The position numbers were made by a program, and so were the translations under genes. A stretch of DNA of 64,000 bases from Veleropilina oligotropha (Eukaryota). The notes beneath the pieces were generated by a model. It saw only the letters and a list, made by a program, of their open reading frames with translations, ran no database searches and was not told the origin of the DNA. Every line of letters starts with the position of its first letter. Position 1 is the stretch's first letter. The stretch covers positions 310,001 through 374,000 of the forward strand of contig JBEUKZ010000084.1 of assembly GCA_048128005.1 (NCBI GenBank), written 5' to 3'. This document shows, one piece after another, positions 49,171 to 60,286 of the stretch.

Positions 49171-51210
49171 GTAAGTATAGGTGGGCATATATTACCACGG
49201 CCAAGCGAGGGGCCGGCAAAGGGGTTTTCGCGTTAATGCGACTTGCCGTCATCAACAAGGCATTTAACTAGGAGTGTTTCAATAGTCATAAATCAAAATA
49301 GGTCGTAAGGTGTGTTATAAAGAAATCGTGCCATTATTGAAACAACAATGTGTGTTTGGATTAAAGATTTATACATCGTTAATTCATAGACATTTAAGCC
49401 TGGTGAGATGGAAGCCATGAACTCTTTCGCCTTTGTTTGATTATATCAAGTTATGGCATTCATGTTAGTAATGTTAAATAATATATTAATAATATGTGTT
49501 AACTTACTGTTAAGTCATATTTTGGACTTACATTTCAAAATCTTCACTTTGAAGTTTCTAATAGATGTTTTGAATTCGTAAACACATAATCCAGAAATTT
49601 GTAAGGAAAAATTTATCCAAACTAGTCGTACAATTAAAATGTAGAAGTTGAACAGTCAGCGGATCGCATATTATATTATAGTAGTTCCATAATTTGATGT
49701 AAAAAATCTATCTATCAAAACCACTGTCTCCCTCCGCCACGCTAGCTATGGCTAAAATTAGTGTTCGGGCAATACCCGCTTGGTGGAGAATTGGGTGTTT
49801 GAAATGTCCTTTCGTCTATCCGACATTTGGCGCAACATAAGTCTGCACGTACTGTATGCAGTTACTCTATATTTGGCGCACAGTTTTGACAGGTGCCCTT
49901 GGACAATTTCGGACATGAGTGACCGTGACCAATTTTCCAAGGCGACACGACTTCAATGCATAGTGTAACTTACTAATGGTGGCATTCGATGATCCGGTCC
50001 AATGTCTCTAGTTTTATCTAGCCTTTCAAGTTTGATGTCATTTAATTAACCCCCTCTCCCCCTCAAATTAATTTAATCAGTTTGTTCTTTGATCACATTG
50101 TGACATATGATATATACTGGCCAACCTGTAGCTCTTAAACTTCTATGCAGTTTATAGTCAAAGGAGGTGAAGGTTAGTCTTTTACAAGCTTCTGCGACAA
50201 GGATGGATTGATCATGATACTTAATGTTCTGTATATTTACAACCATCAGGTTCAAGGCAGGACATGTCCATTATATCGCAAGAAGAAACCCGGACGCCTC
50301 GGTCAACTTGCCCTGACCAGCCAGTTATGAATGACTGTGATTGATAACTGAACAAATAATTTAAATGCACGAGCCGAGATTTGAACCCACTCAGGACTGT
50401 TAGTTAGCGCAATCGAGTCAGTGATTTCAGAGTTGACACTCGAGACCAGCTTACAAAAGGTCATACTGTACACTGACACAGTCACACTGACATATATGAC
50501 CAATTGAAGCAATACGGTAAAATAATAATTTAGAAGGATGGACAATGAACAGTGCCCTGTCTGACTGCGATCTGATCAGCTGTGGGACATCCAAGCTTCA
50601 TGCCAGTACAGGTATTATATAATATGGAAACTTCTCATGTTACTGGTCCCATAGTTGCATATATATGTGTATTATATAAAGCATTTCCTTGATAATCATT
50701 TAATAATAACTCTTATTGGTAATGCTAAATGATTTATTAACATGTCACTCATTTGGCTAAAGATTAAGTTTGTGTCCGAGGTAATCGTCCTTATATTCTG
50801 ACAACAGTAAAGTAACTCATATCATGTCACTAAAATTAAAGTTGATTTATTAGTTTAATACTAACGGCACTCGCGTTGAATACAGTACACCGATAAATAT
50901 TTGAATTTTCATCATAGTGCAGTTAGGCAACATTGAGCCCGATGAGTGCTTGGACGGGTGATCAACGTCAGATACTGACATGGTGCTGTAGCAATATTCA
51001 TATCATCAGATTTGAGAGTATAAACTTGGGGCATCGACTGGGATATAACTTATTAATAGTTATTAAATGTGATCGAAACAACTCAAATGAATACAAATTA
51101 TATTATGACAGCTATGGTACAAATCGACATGCTGATGCATCTCGGTCTCTTAAATAGCACAACATATTGGTTGTGCGATTTCATGCAATATTGCAATTAT
51201 CAATAATGTA

Positions 51211-51422
51211 TACTGTAAACCCCTATATTTAACGGCCATAAAATTTTAGCGATTTCTCGTATACCTGTATATTAGCGGCCTTGTAAATTAGCGATTTTTA
51301 ATCCATATGTTAATAGAGATTTATTCCATAAAATATTTCGCGGCCTTTTATTTTCGCGATAAAATTACGTACATGAAACTCGCAAAAATAAAAGGCATGC
51401 TAAAATATGGGGGTTTACAGCA
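51211..51422. mobile_element. Tc1/mariner-type MITE
   Basis: TACTGTAAACCCCTATATTT ... AAATATGGGGGTTTACAG inverted ends in a TA context. Confidence 0.6.
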
Positions 51423-53506
51423 TATATATATATATATAATCGTGGATCATTGTGTATCATCAATCATATGTCCTCATCCCTGGTAATCCTTTCTCAGGTT
51501 ATGATATCTATGTATATATTATATAGATTGTTGTGCCAGCTGTTTAAATAGCAAGCAATGAATTGCCTTGAAATATTAATAATTGTGATCATCGACATTT
51601 ATTGACCATAAAGAAATTGGATTATTTATCAACTAGGCTTGCTCAATATATTTTGGTACAGGAATAGTCGACATTCTATGTTTTGGAATCACATCAATAG
51701 TCGACCAGCAATATTTTTGGGTACAATGACAGCACATTGACAGGCATCTGAAATTTGTTGCGATTTTGACATTATATCCATTATAATATTACATGTAGCA
51801 CAATATTCGCCGGATATATTGATTCTGGCTATCTCATTTGCCCTTCTATTTTAAATGTTAACAGTGAAATATTGATAAAGGCATGACATGTGATTTATTG
51901 TTTTGTACTATTGCCGTCTGGCATAAGCAATGTTAATATATTTGTGACAGTCCTACTGTTGTCCTACTTGAACCAATGCAGCACCTTCCCAGACAGGCGG
52001 GTTCGCTGGTGCGTGTCCTGAGGACCAGCTGGGACACAGCTGACCTGAATCGCTCTGTGTGTCTACCTGAGCTCAAGACACTGTCAAGATGAGACTGTGT
52101 TTGTTTATGCAGTGGAGCCAAAAATAGGCCTCACTCAGAAAGCCCATGTACTGGTTTGTTGAATTCCCATAAAAAGTGTCCCCTGTCACAAAGATAATCA
52201 TAATGTAATTTTCATCCGATATCGTTGTTGCGCACTGCATGTGTGTATATTTTCATTCAAGTTATAGTCGGTTATAAATAGCAAACACACGACACTGTCA
52301 TAATTTATGAAATTCTTGAATAGCGAGTGTGTTGGGAGTCTCAGGACTCGTGTTAAGTATAATTATTAAGTTATACTTAACACCGTTCGTGGTCATACCA
52401 GGACATGTGCAGCTGATATTATCTCGAGAAGAATGTCGGTCGCCTGAGAAATTCCACCGTACCAACTACTTATATATAGACAAGTCTAAAAAATAAAATA
52501 TTGATTATCGTCGTACCTTGTGATATTTAATAGATAATAGTAATAACTGTATCATAATACCCAAACTCCTATGACGATATCTTTCATAATTACCCGAGTG
52601 GAGCGAGTGAAATTATGCAAGATATCGTGCAGGGGTGTCAGGGTATTATCTGTCATACATGCCAAGGATCTATTGTAAATTGCAACCTGTAACCCTTTAA
52701 AAGTATAATGAACAGCAGATATCACCCCGTGGGCGCTTTATCAGAAGAGTCCACTACTATCAACACCTTGTTAATTTCTTTGTCAGTGAGTTTGGCTCCT
52801 TGTCAATTACACCTCCCTTGGATTAATTCCATTGTTTGCCGAACAATGCAGGAACGGGCTCTAGAGTTCCATTGTCTTTATATCGCGCCCATGGTATGTA
52901 TCGATAAATACCAACCAACCAAAGCTGCATAATGTTTTGGAAGATTCAACAATACTACATTTGGTACAATGTAGAACATTACATAATCAACGTAGTGCCA
53001 GCGTATATTCCCCACCGGGCCATGTGTTTCTCCATCTGCGCCGTGTATCCCCTGCTTACACTGTTACAGTTTCAGTTTGTGTCATGTTCTGACATTTCGT
53101 AATAAGAGGTCCTGACATTTCCAGATCAGCATTAACATCTCAAACAGCAGCAGACAGTGAACTGTTGCACAATCCAGGATATATTAATTTCAAAGAAAAA
53201 CATTGCAGATGTCAGATGCAGACCAGATTGTGAGTATGGTTCCCGGAGTCTGACCATGATTGAAAAAAAATGAAATTATGCAGAGGCTTTTGATGGGGCT
53301 TACTCTATAAAACTTTGGAGTACCTGCAATATTATATTGCAAAGAATTCAGTATTTAATCATTTAAATCTTGTCAACATGTGTCAACATATCTGAAATTA
53401 AATTGTCACAAAAGTCGACAGCTTATCACTTCTGATGTTCAATGCAATAGTTGCTTTCAGTTGCACTTCATGGCAATGGTTTTAACTACATGTACTAAAA
53501 CATTCA

Positions 53507-53765
53507 GGCCGCTTCGGCAGCGCAGTGGATAAGAGTGTCCACTCTAAATTCACTGGCTTGATTCCGCTAATGTGAACAGTAGTGGGTTCAATACCTGGCT
53601 TGGGCATTGAAATTTGTTCAAGTTATGAATCACAGTTGTCCGTGACTGGCCGAAGAGGGCGGGTTTACCCGGGCGACCGGGGTTTCCTCCCGCGATAACA
53701 CGGACATGTCCTGCCTTGAACCTCGATGTTGTAAATATACAGGACATTAAGCATCATTCCTCCGT
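53507..53765 (+). mobile_element. tRNA-derived SINE family A
   Basis: A- and B-box-like head and a central GGTTTACCCGGGCGACCGGGGTTTCCTCCC; close copy at 54359-54624 and degenerate copies near 11840 and 39512. Confidence 0.8.
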
Positions 53766-54358
53766 CACTAAACTTAGTAAAGCATTCAGTAGCATGCCAT
53801 GTTGTCAGTTCCAGTGAAATATCATGTGTTTGAAGGGATCCGTTGGAAGCACTCTGATACCATGGCCATTGTTATTAGATACACATGGTTCTATGCTCTT
53901 AGTTGTCTGAGTAGTTACCATGCTGGAATTGCCAGCGAGATGGATCCTATGAATTCCTACAAATTACAATACATGACATTCAGCAGGGTTAGAAATACAA
54001 ATTAAAACCACTGGTCCAGTGGACCACCAGGAATTTTAAACACCGGTCAGATTTAAAATTTACTGGTCATAAAGTAAAGCTCAGTAGCCTACATATATTA
54101 TAGGCTATAATAATAACTTTACACTGAACTAGTGCGATAACAATTAATAGTAAGTGGTTATTGTAAATATCAATGGTCCACTGGATCACTATGTGTTAAA
54201 AATGATTGTTTTTCTGCACTTTTTACTGGTTTGAGACCAGTTCAAGCTCTGAATGTACTTTTTTCCAATTTAAAACATTATCTGAAACTGATTGATGCTC
54301 ATCATGTGACATGACTCGACAGTTACTCGTCTTCACTTGACCTGTTCAACTATAAAGT

Positions 54359-54624
54359 GGCCGCTTCGGTAGCGCAGTGGGTAGAGTGTCCACTCTAAAT
54401 TCACTGGCTTGTTTCCGCTGACGCGAACAGTAGTGGGATCGACCCCCGGCTGAGGCAGCACACATTTGTTCAAGTTATGAAGCACAGTTGTCCGTGACTG
54501 GCCGAAGAGGGCGGGTTTACCCGGCGACCGGGGGTTTCCTCCCGCGATAACACGGACATGTCCTGCCTTGAACCTCGATGTTATAAATATACAGGACATT
54601 AAGCATAATTCCTCCTCCTCCTCC
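54359..54624 (+). mobile_element. tRNA-derived SINE family A, full length with TSD
   Basis: 13-bp TSD TCAACTATAAAGT at 54346-54358 and 54625-54637; (TCC)n tail. Confidence 0.85.
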
Positions 54625-55962
54625 TCAACTATAAAGTAAATGCTTCGCAATTAAAAATCTGCTACAAATGGAACATGTTGAATTTGTGTATAAATTATTA
54701 AAAGGGAGATAACTGTGATTTGTATCCTTAGAACCTCGGAGCTCCTCATTGAATAGATCAGTAAACATTCCGTAGCGTTGCTTACTAATCGTGATGGATA
54801 ATTATTGATTACCTATATTAATAGAAAAGCTGATTGATGTTTTAATTTATGAATATTTACTAATTACACTGTACCGAAATACTCCATTATGATTAAGAAC
54901 CAGATGCCTATACTGCATCAAAGCAAGCCGTCAGACGCCTTTATGATTGATTATTGTGTTGCTGCTGATATATAGTTACAAACATACTTACGTCCTTACT
55001 CTTGCCATAATAGTTATATTATCGCCAAACCGGAAATAGTGAATATGTCCCATAATGCACTCTTAACAAGTCAAAAACGTACACGGTTACCTCCCCTGCT
55101 CCTCCCCCATCACGTTCCTAGCGAGACTTCGCCAAGTCTCGCGAGACTTCTGAACAATAGAAGTCACAAGACCTCAATTCAAAGTTTTCCGCTGTCGCGG
55201 AAAGACGTTGTTTTGCTCCGCAAATATTTCGATATAGGCGCCCGATTTCACGTTAAATCAGGGCGCAGTTTCTGCTTATATAGTATATAAGTAGTGGAAT
55301 ATAACCGTGTGTTGTGGATGTAAAACACATGTGAATATAAGAAGAGTGATTCTCAAACTTCGAGAAAGTTCTGGACATCAAAGGAAACCGACATCGTCGT
55401 CAAGGACGCCGTGGCCGTTAAAGATGGCCGCTTAGAGGGAAAGTTTCGAGTGTTAGCTGAAATTTCTGGTCGGTATAATTATCTGATATTGTTTGAGACT
55501 GCAAACAGGTAACTCATTATATTGGATAATTCCTTAACAACGCTATTTGCTGGTTATTTATTATATAAAAATTTTCTAGCGTTGTTAAAAGGCAGGATCT
55601 TTTGATATTAAGCTTGCGTTAATTTTCTGATATCCTGCCATTGCTGGGATAATACGCCATTGTACTAACATAAAACATCCACGAGGTTTTCAGGTGTTTT
55701 TCTGGGCGGTTTTTTCGAGGAAAGAACCCCCCTTTGTTTTAGTCAATTTGCCGGGTTACCGGGTCGGTCGGGTAAAATACCCGACCTCGGTGTTCCCAGT
55801 TCGGGGTTTTACTAACGGTATATCGCTTGATCTCTAATCTTCAGATCAGGACAATTCTGTGAGTTGTCGTAGTACTCCCTCCAAGGAAAGAAGTCTCAAC
55901 TACCATATATATACCTATTTACTACCCCGTCTACCCACGTCCACCCTCCCGTGTATTTAGCT

Positions 55963-58212
55963 ATGGTCCGGTGCAGTAGCTCCGGGTGTAACCAGAAAAT
56001 TCACGCATTTGATAGGCACAAGGAATGTTGTAAACACCGTAGCTGTAGTATACATCATCAATGTGATCTGTGCTTTCTTCTATCAGATAAGCAGTGGGCA
56101 ACCCTGTCTCACCACGGTAAGTCGACCAGGGCGACTGCCACGGTGGGTCCTCCCCCGGAGAAGGGTCAGGAAGAGACCGGTAAGTTACCTAACGTTTCTT
56201 CTTTGTCTGCTTCAGGGACGCTGGACGACAGCCGACAAAAGGGGACGTCTGTCGCCGGATCCACCGGCGAAAACTCCGCGACTCTTGGGAGAGTCACCGA
56301 AACCTTGCCGGTACCCCAGATTCAGGTAAAGACCCGAGTGTCGACCGATCCTCCAAAACCGGGCCTAGTAGCTGCAGTCAGCCATACCTTGCCGGCTAGC
56401 AAGGTATACATGACAGCGCAGCGAACAGCTGTACAGGGCAGACCATCCCCATCCTTTTCTTCGGCCTCGAAGAATAAGGGGACAGTTAGTCCTTCTGCGG
56501 TACACTCTCCGTCTAGCGACGGTGAAAGAACCAATGCAGAGAAAGCCTTTAAAGAGGCCGAGCACCTACTTGTAGGTCGAAGACTCGGACAATCGGCGAA
56601 ACCTGAATCCTCGCTCGAGACCGACGCGACTTCCCCTAGGGGTTTTCCGCTCAACCTCGAGGCTCACGAGACGTTCAGAGGGCCCGGTCTCTCCCGTGCA
56701 CCCTACGTGGTCACGCTAGAGGACGTGGACAGACCGGCTGCGTTCGGGACGGGGTTCTACGGCGGTTTTCCGTCCGTGCCTCGCTCGAACAGAGTGGTAG
56801 ACCGATCAGAACTGTTGCCGCAGTCCTATCGGTCGTCCGGCCCACTGACTGCGCCTCCGGGCCAGTCCTTCGGGTTCGACCCCTCGACAAGTGCCCGTGG
56901 ACCCTGGTCCTCGGTTCGACCTGTCAATGCAGCCCGTCTACCTAGCGCCACGGTTACCTCGACAGAACTACCGGCTGTTAGTTCGTCGCCCGTCCTGCCT
57001 CCGGGTTTCTCTTTTGAGAACGTCCAGGCATGGATCGCGGCGGGGATCGAGGAACGGTGTAAGGCCTGGCCGACGGCTCCCGAGCCGCACCTGGTACCTA
57101 CACTTCTGCCCATGGCGCAGAGCACGGCTCCTGCCTCAGTGATAGACATCGACCCTCGTTCCGACGAGGATCTCTGTTCAAATCACACCGACCTCCCTGA
57201 ATCGGTCGGGTCCGAAGACATTAGTCTTACAGGCACGCAGGAGCCGACCTCCTCCACCCGCCGAAGGCTCGACGCCGTTGCGTCACTTCGCGGGGTGCTT
57301 GGCTTGTCGGAACCGACTCGGTCGGCTGTAGACGTAGCCAAGCATAGGACGGCAGCACATCGGTTTGTTGCGAGGGAAGCCCCCGAGCTCCCCTCCTTAC
57401 CTCAGTCCGGGCTGGTGGATCTTGTTGTAGACTCGATCACCAAGCTCGTTCAGGGGCGCAATCCGGTGGAGTCCTCCCCGCTGAACGAGTTCCCTTCGGG
57501 GTTCCGTAGTGGGAGGTACCTCCGGGCCAGTACTCTAGCGATCCCGTTCGAATGCACTGGCCCGTGCCTGGCGACTGAGCCGGCTCGTGTTGACGCTTCG
57601 TTGCGTCGACTGACCGCCAGTCACACTCCCTCCGTAGCGAAAGTTCCTTGGTCCGCCTTGGAAGCTTTCGAGAGCTCCGCCCGACGGGCTCTGCGGCTAT
57701 CGTCCGTTCAGGATTTTTTCCTAGACGGGGCGATAGCCGTATTACAGGAGAATGGACCCGGCGCCACCGAGGCTGCCCTGTCCTTCCTCCAGGAGGTTGC
57801 TGCCGCGCAGGAGACCAGCGCGTTGGAGACGGGACGTGTCCTGGGCAATGCCCTCCTACTTCGTAGGGATGCTTGCCTGGAAGGTACCTCGCTGGACGAG
57901 CCCACCCGGCGCTCGTTGCGATGCGTACCTTGCTCGGCCACCACTCTCCTTGGTGACAACTTCACGGAGTTTGTTGACAAGAGAGCGGCGGACATAAAGG
58001 ACCGTGCCATCAAGAAGGCAGTACTGCTCCCCACCCGGGGTCCACCTGCCAACTCGAAGAAGCGCTCCGGGCCCACCCCGGCCCCGAAGCCTTCTAAGCG
58101 TGCGAAGCCCTCTTCGGGTGGTAGGCCTTCGGCCAATAAACCCACTCCAAAGAGGCAAGCACCTCCAGCGAAATCCCGCAAGCAGAGCGGGAGAGGGAAG
58201 CCTCGGCCCTAG
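55963..58212 (+). CDS. DIRS ORF1 (Gag-like) with N-terminal Cys/His cluster
   Basis: MVRCSSSGC...DRHKECCKHRSC...CDLC...W; long S/P-rich linker, LLRRD motif and basic C-terminus. Confidence 0.85.
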   Translation: MVRCSSSGCNQKIHAFDRHKECCKHRSCSIHHQCDLCFLLSDKQWATLSHHGKSTRATATVGPPPEKGQEETGKLPNVSSLSASGTLDDSRQKGTSVAGSTGENSATLGRVTETLPVPQIQVKTRVSTDPPKPGLVAAVSHTLPASKVYMTAQRTAVQGRPSPSFSSASKNKGTVSPSAVHSPSSDGERTNAEKAFKEAEHLLVGRRLGQSAKPESSLETDATSPRGFPLNLEAHETFRGPGLSRAPYVVTLEDVDRPAAFGTGFYGGFPSVPRSNRVVDRSELLPQSYRSSGPLTAPPGQSFGFDPSTSARGPWSSVRPVNAARLPSATVTSTELPAVSSSPVLPPGFSFENVQAWIAAGIEERCKAWPTAPEPHLVPTLLPMAQSTAPASVIDIDPRSDEDLCSNHTDLPESVGSEDISLTGTQEPTSSTRRRLDAVASLRGVLGLSEPTRSAVDVAKHRTAAHRFVAREAPELPSLPQSGLVDLVVDSITKLVQGRNPVESSPLNEFPSGFRSGRYLRASTLAIPFECTGPCLATEPARVDASLRRLTASHTPSVAKVPWSALEAFESSARRALRLSSVQDFFLDGAIAVLQENGPGATEAALSFLQEVAAAQETSALETGRVLGNALLLRRDACLEGTSLDEPTRRSLRCVPCSATTLLGDNFTEFVDKRAADIKDRAIKKAVLLPTRGPPANSKKRSGPTPAPKPSKRAKPSSGGRPSANKPTPKRQAPPAKSRKQSGRGKPRP

Positions 58213-60286
58213 GGCTGCCGGCATTCGCGACGGCCCCAGTTGCCCGCTCCCGCCGGTGGGAGCGTGCCTGTTAGCACACAGCCAGCCCTGGCTAGAGCTG
58301 ACAGACAGCAACTGGGTCCACTTAGTCGTGAGTGCCGGATACAAGTTGGCATTCAACCGGCATCCGACCTTAACCGAGGCACCACCAACAAGACACGCTC
58401 GCCTCCTAAACGGAGAGAAACAAGCGGTCTTAGACCAGGCAGTGCGGGATTTGCTCCTAAAAAGAGCGATATATCCCGCGCCGCCCAGCACACCAGGATT
58501 TTACAGCCATTTCTTCCTGGTCCCGAAACCCGATGGCCGCTGGAGACCGATCCTCGATCTCTCGTACCTAAACCTATATCTTCGTACCGAGAAATTCCAG
58601 CAAGAAACCCTCTCGAAGATTCGAGCGGCCATCCGTCCGGGCGACTGGGCAGCGTCTATCGATCTCGCCGACGCGTATCTGCATGTCCCGATGCATATCA
58701 CGGCTCATCAGTACCTTCGGTTTATACACGGGGAGACGATCTACCAATTCAGGTGCCTACCGTTCGGTCTATCGTCAGCCCCGTACGTCTTCACGAGAAC
58801 AGTACAGGCCCTGGGGGCCTTCCTACACTCTCTAGGGCACAGGGTACATATGTACCTCGACGACTGGCTGATCCTCGGGGCGTCCCGAGATCTGTGCCTC
58901 CGGTCTACGAGCTTTACCCTGTCATCGACGAAGCGCCTGGGATTTCAGATCAACGAGACAAAATCCTGCTTCGTGCCCTCGACGACGTTTACGTTCCTCG
59001 GAGTCGACTTCGATACGGTCCGGTACACCGCGAAGCCGACCCAGAAGCGTATGCGGAACCTACGCGCGGTTATCCAAGACACCCTGTCATCGGACATAAC
59101 TACGGCGCGACAACTGGCCACTGTCCTGGGGCACATCGAGTCGGTAGCGCCCCTGCTACCGACGGGTCGCATGGACAAAAGACCGTTACAACAGGCTTTC
59201 AGGGATCGCTGGATACAACGGACGGGGCAGTGGACGGATCGCATCGATCTACGGCATTGGTTTACCGACACGACAGCAGTGTGGTTGAACCCCGCTTTGC
59301 CGGACCAGTCGGTTCCTATATCCCCACCAGAGCCGAACGCTTACCTGTTCACAGACGCTTCGAACGACGGCTGGGGTGGTCACCTCGACAGTTACGAGAC
59401 ATCAGGCCTATGGCCGACAGACCTTCAGGGACGACATATCAACTTCCTAGAGTTAGAAGCCGTCTACCTGTCAGTACGGTCCCTCTCGTCACATCTCCGC
59501 AACAAGCATATAATGCTCGCCACGGACAACACGACTGTCGTCGCTTACATACAGCACCAGGGCGGCACTCGCTCGCGTCCCCTATGCGACCGAGCAATAG
59601 ACCTACACCGCTTAGTGATGTCCCTCAACTCGACGATTCGAGCCCGACACATCCCGGGAAAGCTGAATGTCAGAGCGGATTCGCTCTCTCGGAGATCACA
59701 GATTATACACACAGAGTGGACGCTACACAGCCGAGTAGCTCGGGACGTTTGTCGCCGGTGGTCACAACCCCAAGTCGACTTGTTTGCAACAGAATTCAAT
59801 TACCGACTACCTCTGTATGTCTCCCCGTACCCAGACCCGGCCGCCCTAGCGGTCGACGCAATGTCAATGACATGGGAGAATCTGTCCGCGTATGCCTTCC
59901 CACCGACGTGCATTCTATCACTGGTATTACAGAAGGCAGCGACCGAACGTTGCGAGATAACGCTAATAGCGCCCCTGTATCGCACGCAACCTTGGTTTCC
60001 GACCCTCCTCGATCTGATCGTCGATCGACCGTTAGCGTTACCGCAGAAACTAGACCTGTTAATGCAACCACGCACCCGTGTACTCCACGAGTCGCCGAAC
60101 CACTTACGTTTACACGCCTGGCGGTTATCGAACGATCGCTTGCTAAGAAAGGATTTTCTAAAGCTACAGCCTTACGTATCTACCGATCGAGAAGGATTTC
60201 CACTACAAAAGTCTATGACTACCGATGGGTTAAGTACGTGGATTGGTGTCACAGCAGGCAGATCAATATACTCCGTCCCCCTGTGA
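58004..60286 (+). CDS. DIRS ORF2: reverse transcriptase - RNase H - methyltransferase-like domain (true start uncertain)
   Basis: RT: IDLADAYLHVP, LPFGLSSAPYVFTR, YLDDWLI. RNase H: LFTDAS, HINFLELEAV, TDNTTVV, HIPGKLNVRADSLSR. MT-like: VDLFAT...AYAFPP. Confidence 0.95.
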   Translation: MPSRRQYCSPPGVHLPTRRSAPGPPRPRSLLSVRSPLRVVGLRPINPLQRGKHLQRNPASRAGEGSLGPRAAGIRDGPSCPLPPVGACLLAHSQPWLELTDSNWVHLVVSAGYKLAFNRHPTLTEAPPTRHARLLNGEKQAVLDQAVRDLLLKRAIYPAPPSTPGFYSHFFLVPKPDGRWRPILDLSYLNLYLRTEKFQQETLSKIRAAIRPGDWAASIDLADAYLHVPMHITAHQYLRFIHGETIYQFRCLPFGLSSAPYVFTRTVQALGAFLHSLGHRVHMYLDDWLILGASRDLCLRSTSFTLSSTKRLGFQINETKSCFVPSTTFTFLGVDFDTVRYTAKPTQKRMRNLRAVIQDTLSSDITTARQLATVLGHIESVAPLLPTGRMDKRPLQQAFRDRWIQRTGQWTDRIDLRHWFTDTTAVWLNPALPDQSVPISPPEPNAYLFTDASNDGWGGHLDSYETSGLWPTDLQGRHINFLELEAVYLSVRSLSSHLRNKHIMLATDNTTVVAYIQHQGGTRSRPLCDRAIDLHRLVMSLNSTIRARHIPGKLNVRADSLSRRSQIIHTEWTLHSRVARDVCRRWSQPQVDLFATEFNYRLPLYVSPYPDPAALAVDAMSMTWENLSAYAFPPTCILSLVLQKAATERCEITLIAPLYRTQPWFPTLLDLIVDRPLALPQKLDLLMQPRTRVLHESPNHLRLHAWRLSNDRLLRKDFLKLQPYVSTDREGFPLQKSMTTDGLSTWIGVTAGRSIYSVPL

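Noticed and set aside
394..54650. Most 60-120-aa ORFs in the supplied track
   Set aside because: They arise from repeats or random AT-rich sequence, often start at non-ATG codons, and show no protein family motifs.
55324..55512. Upstream ORF in the DIRS leader
   Set aside because: It has no ATG and the frame is not conserved in element 2.
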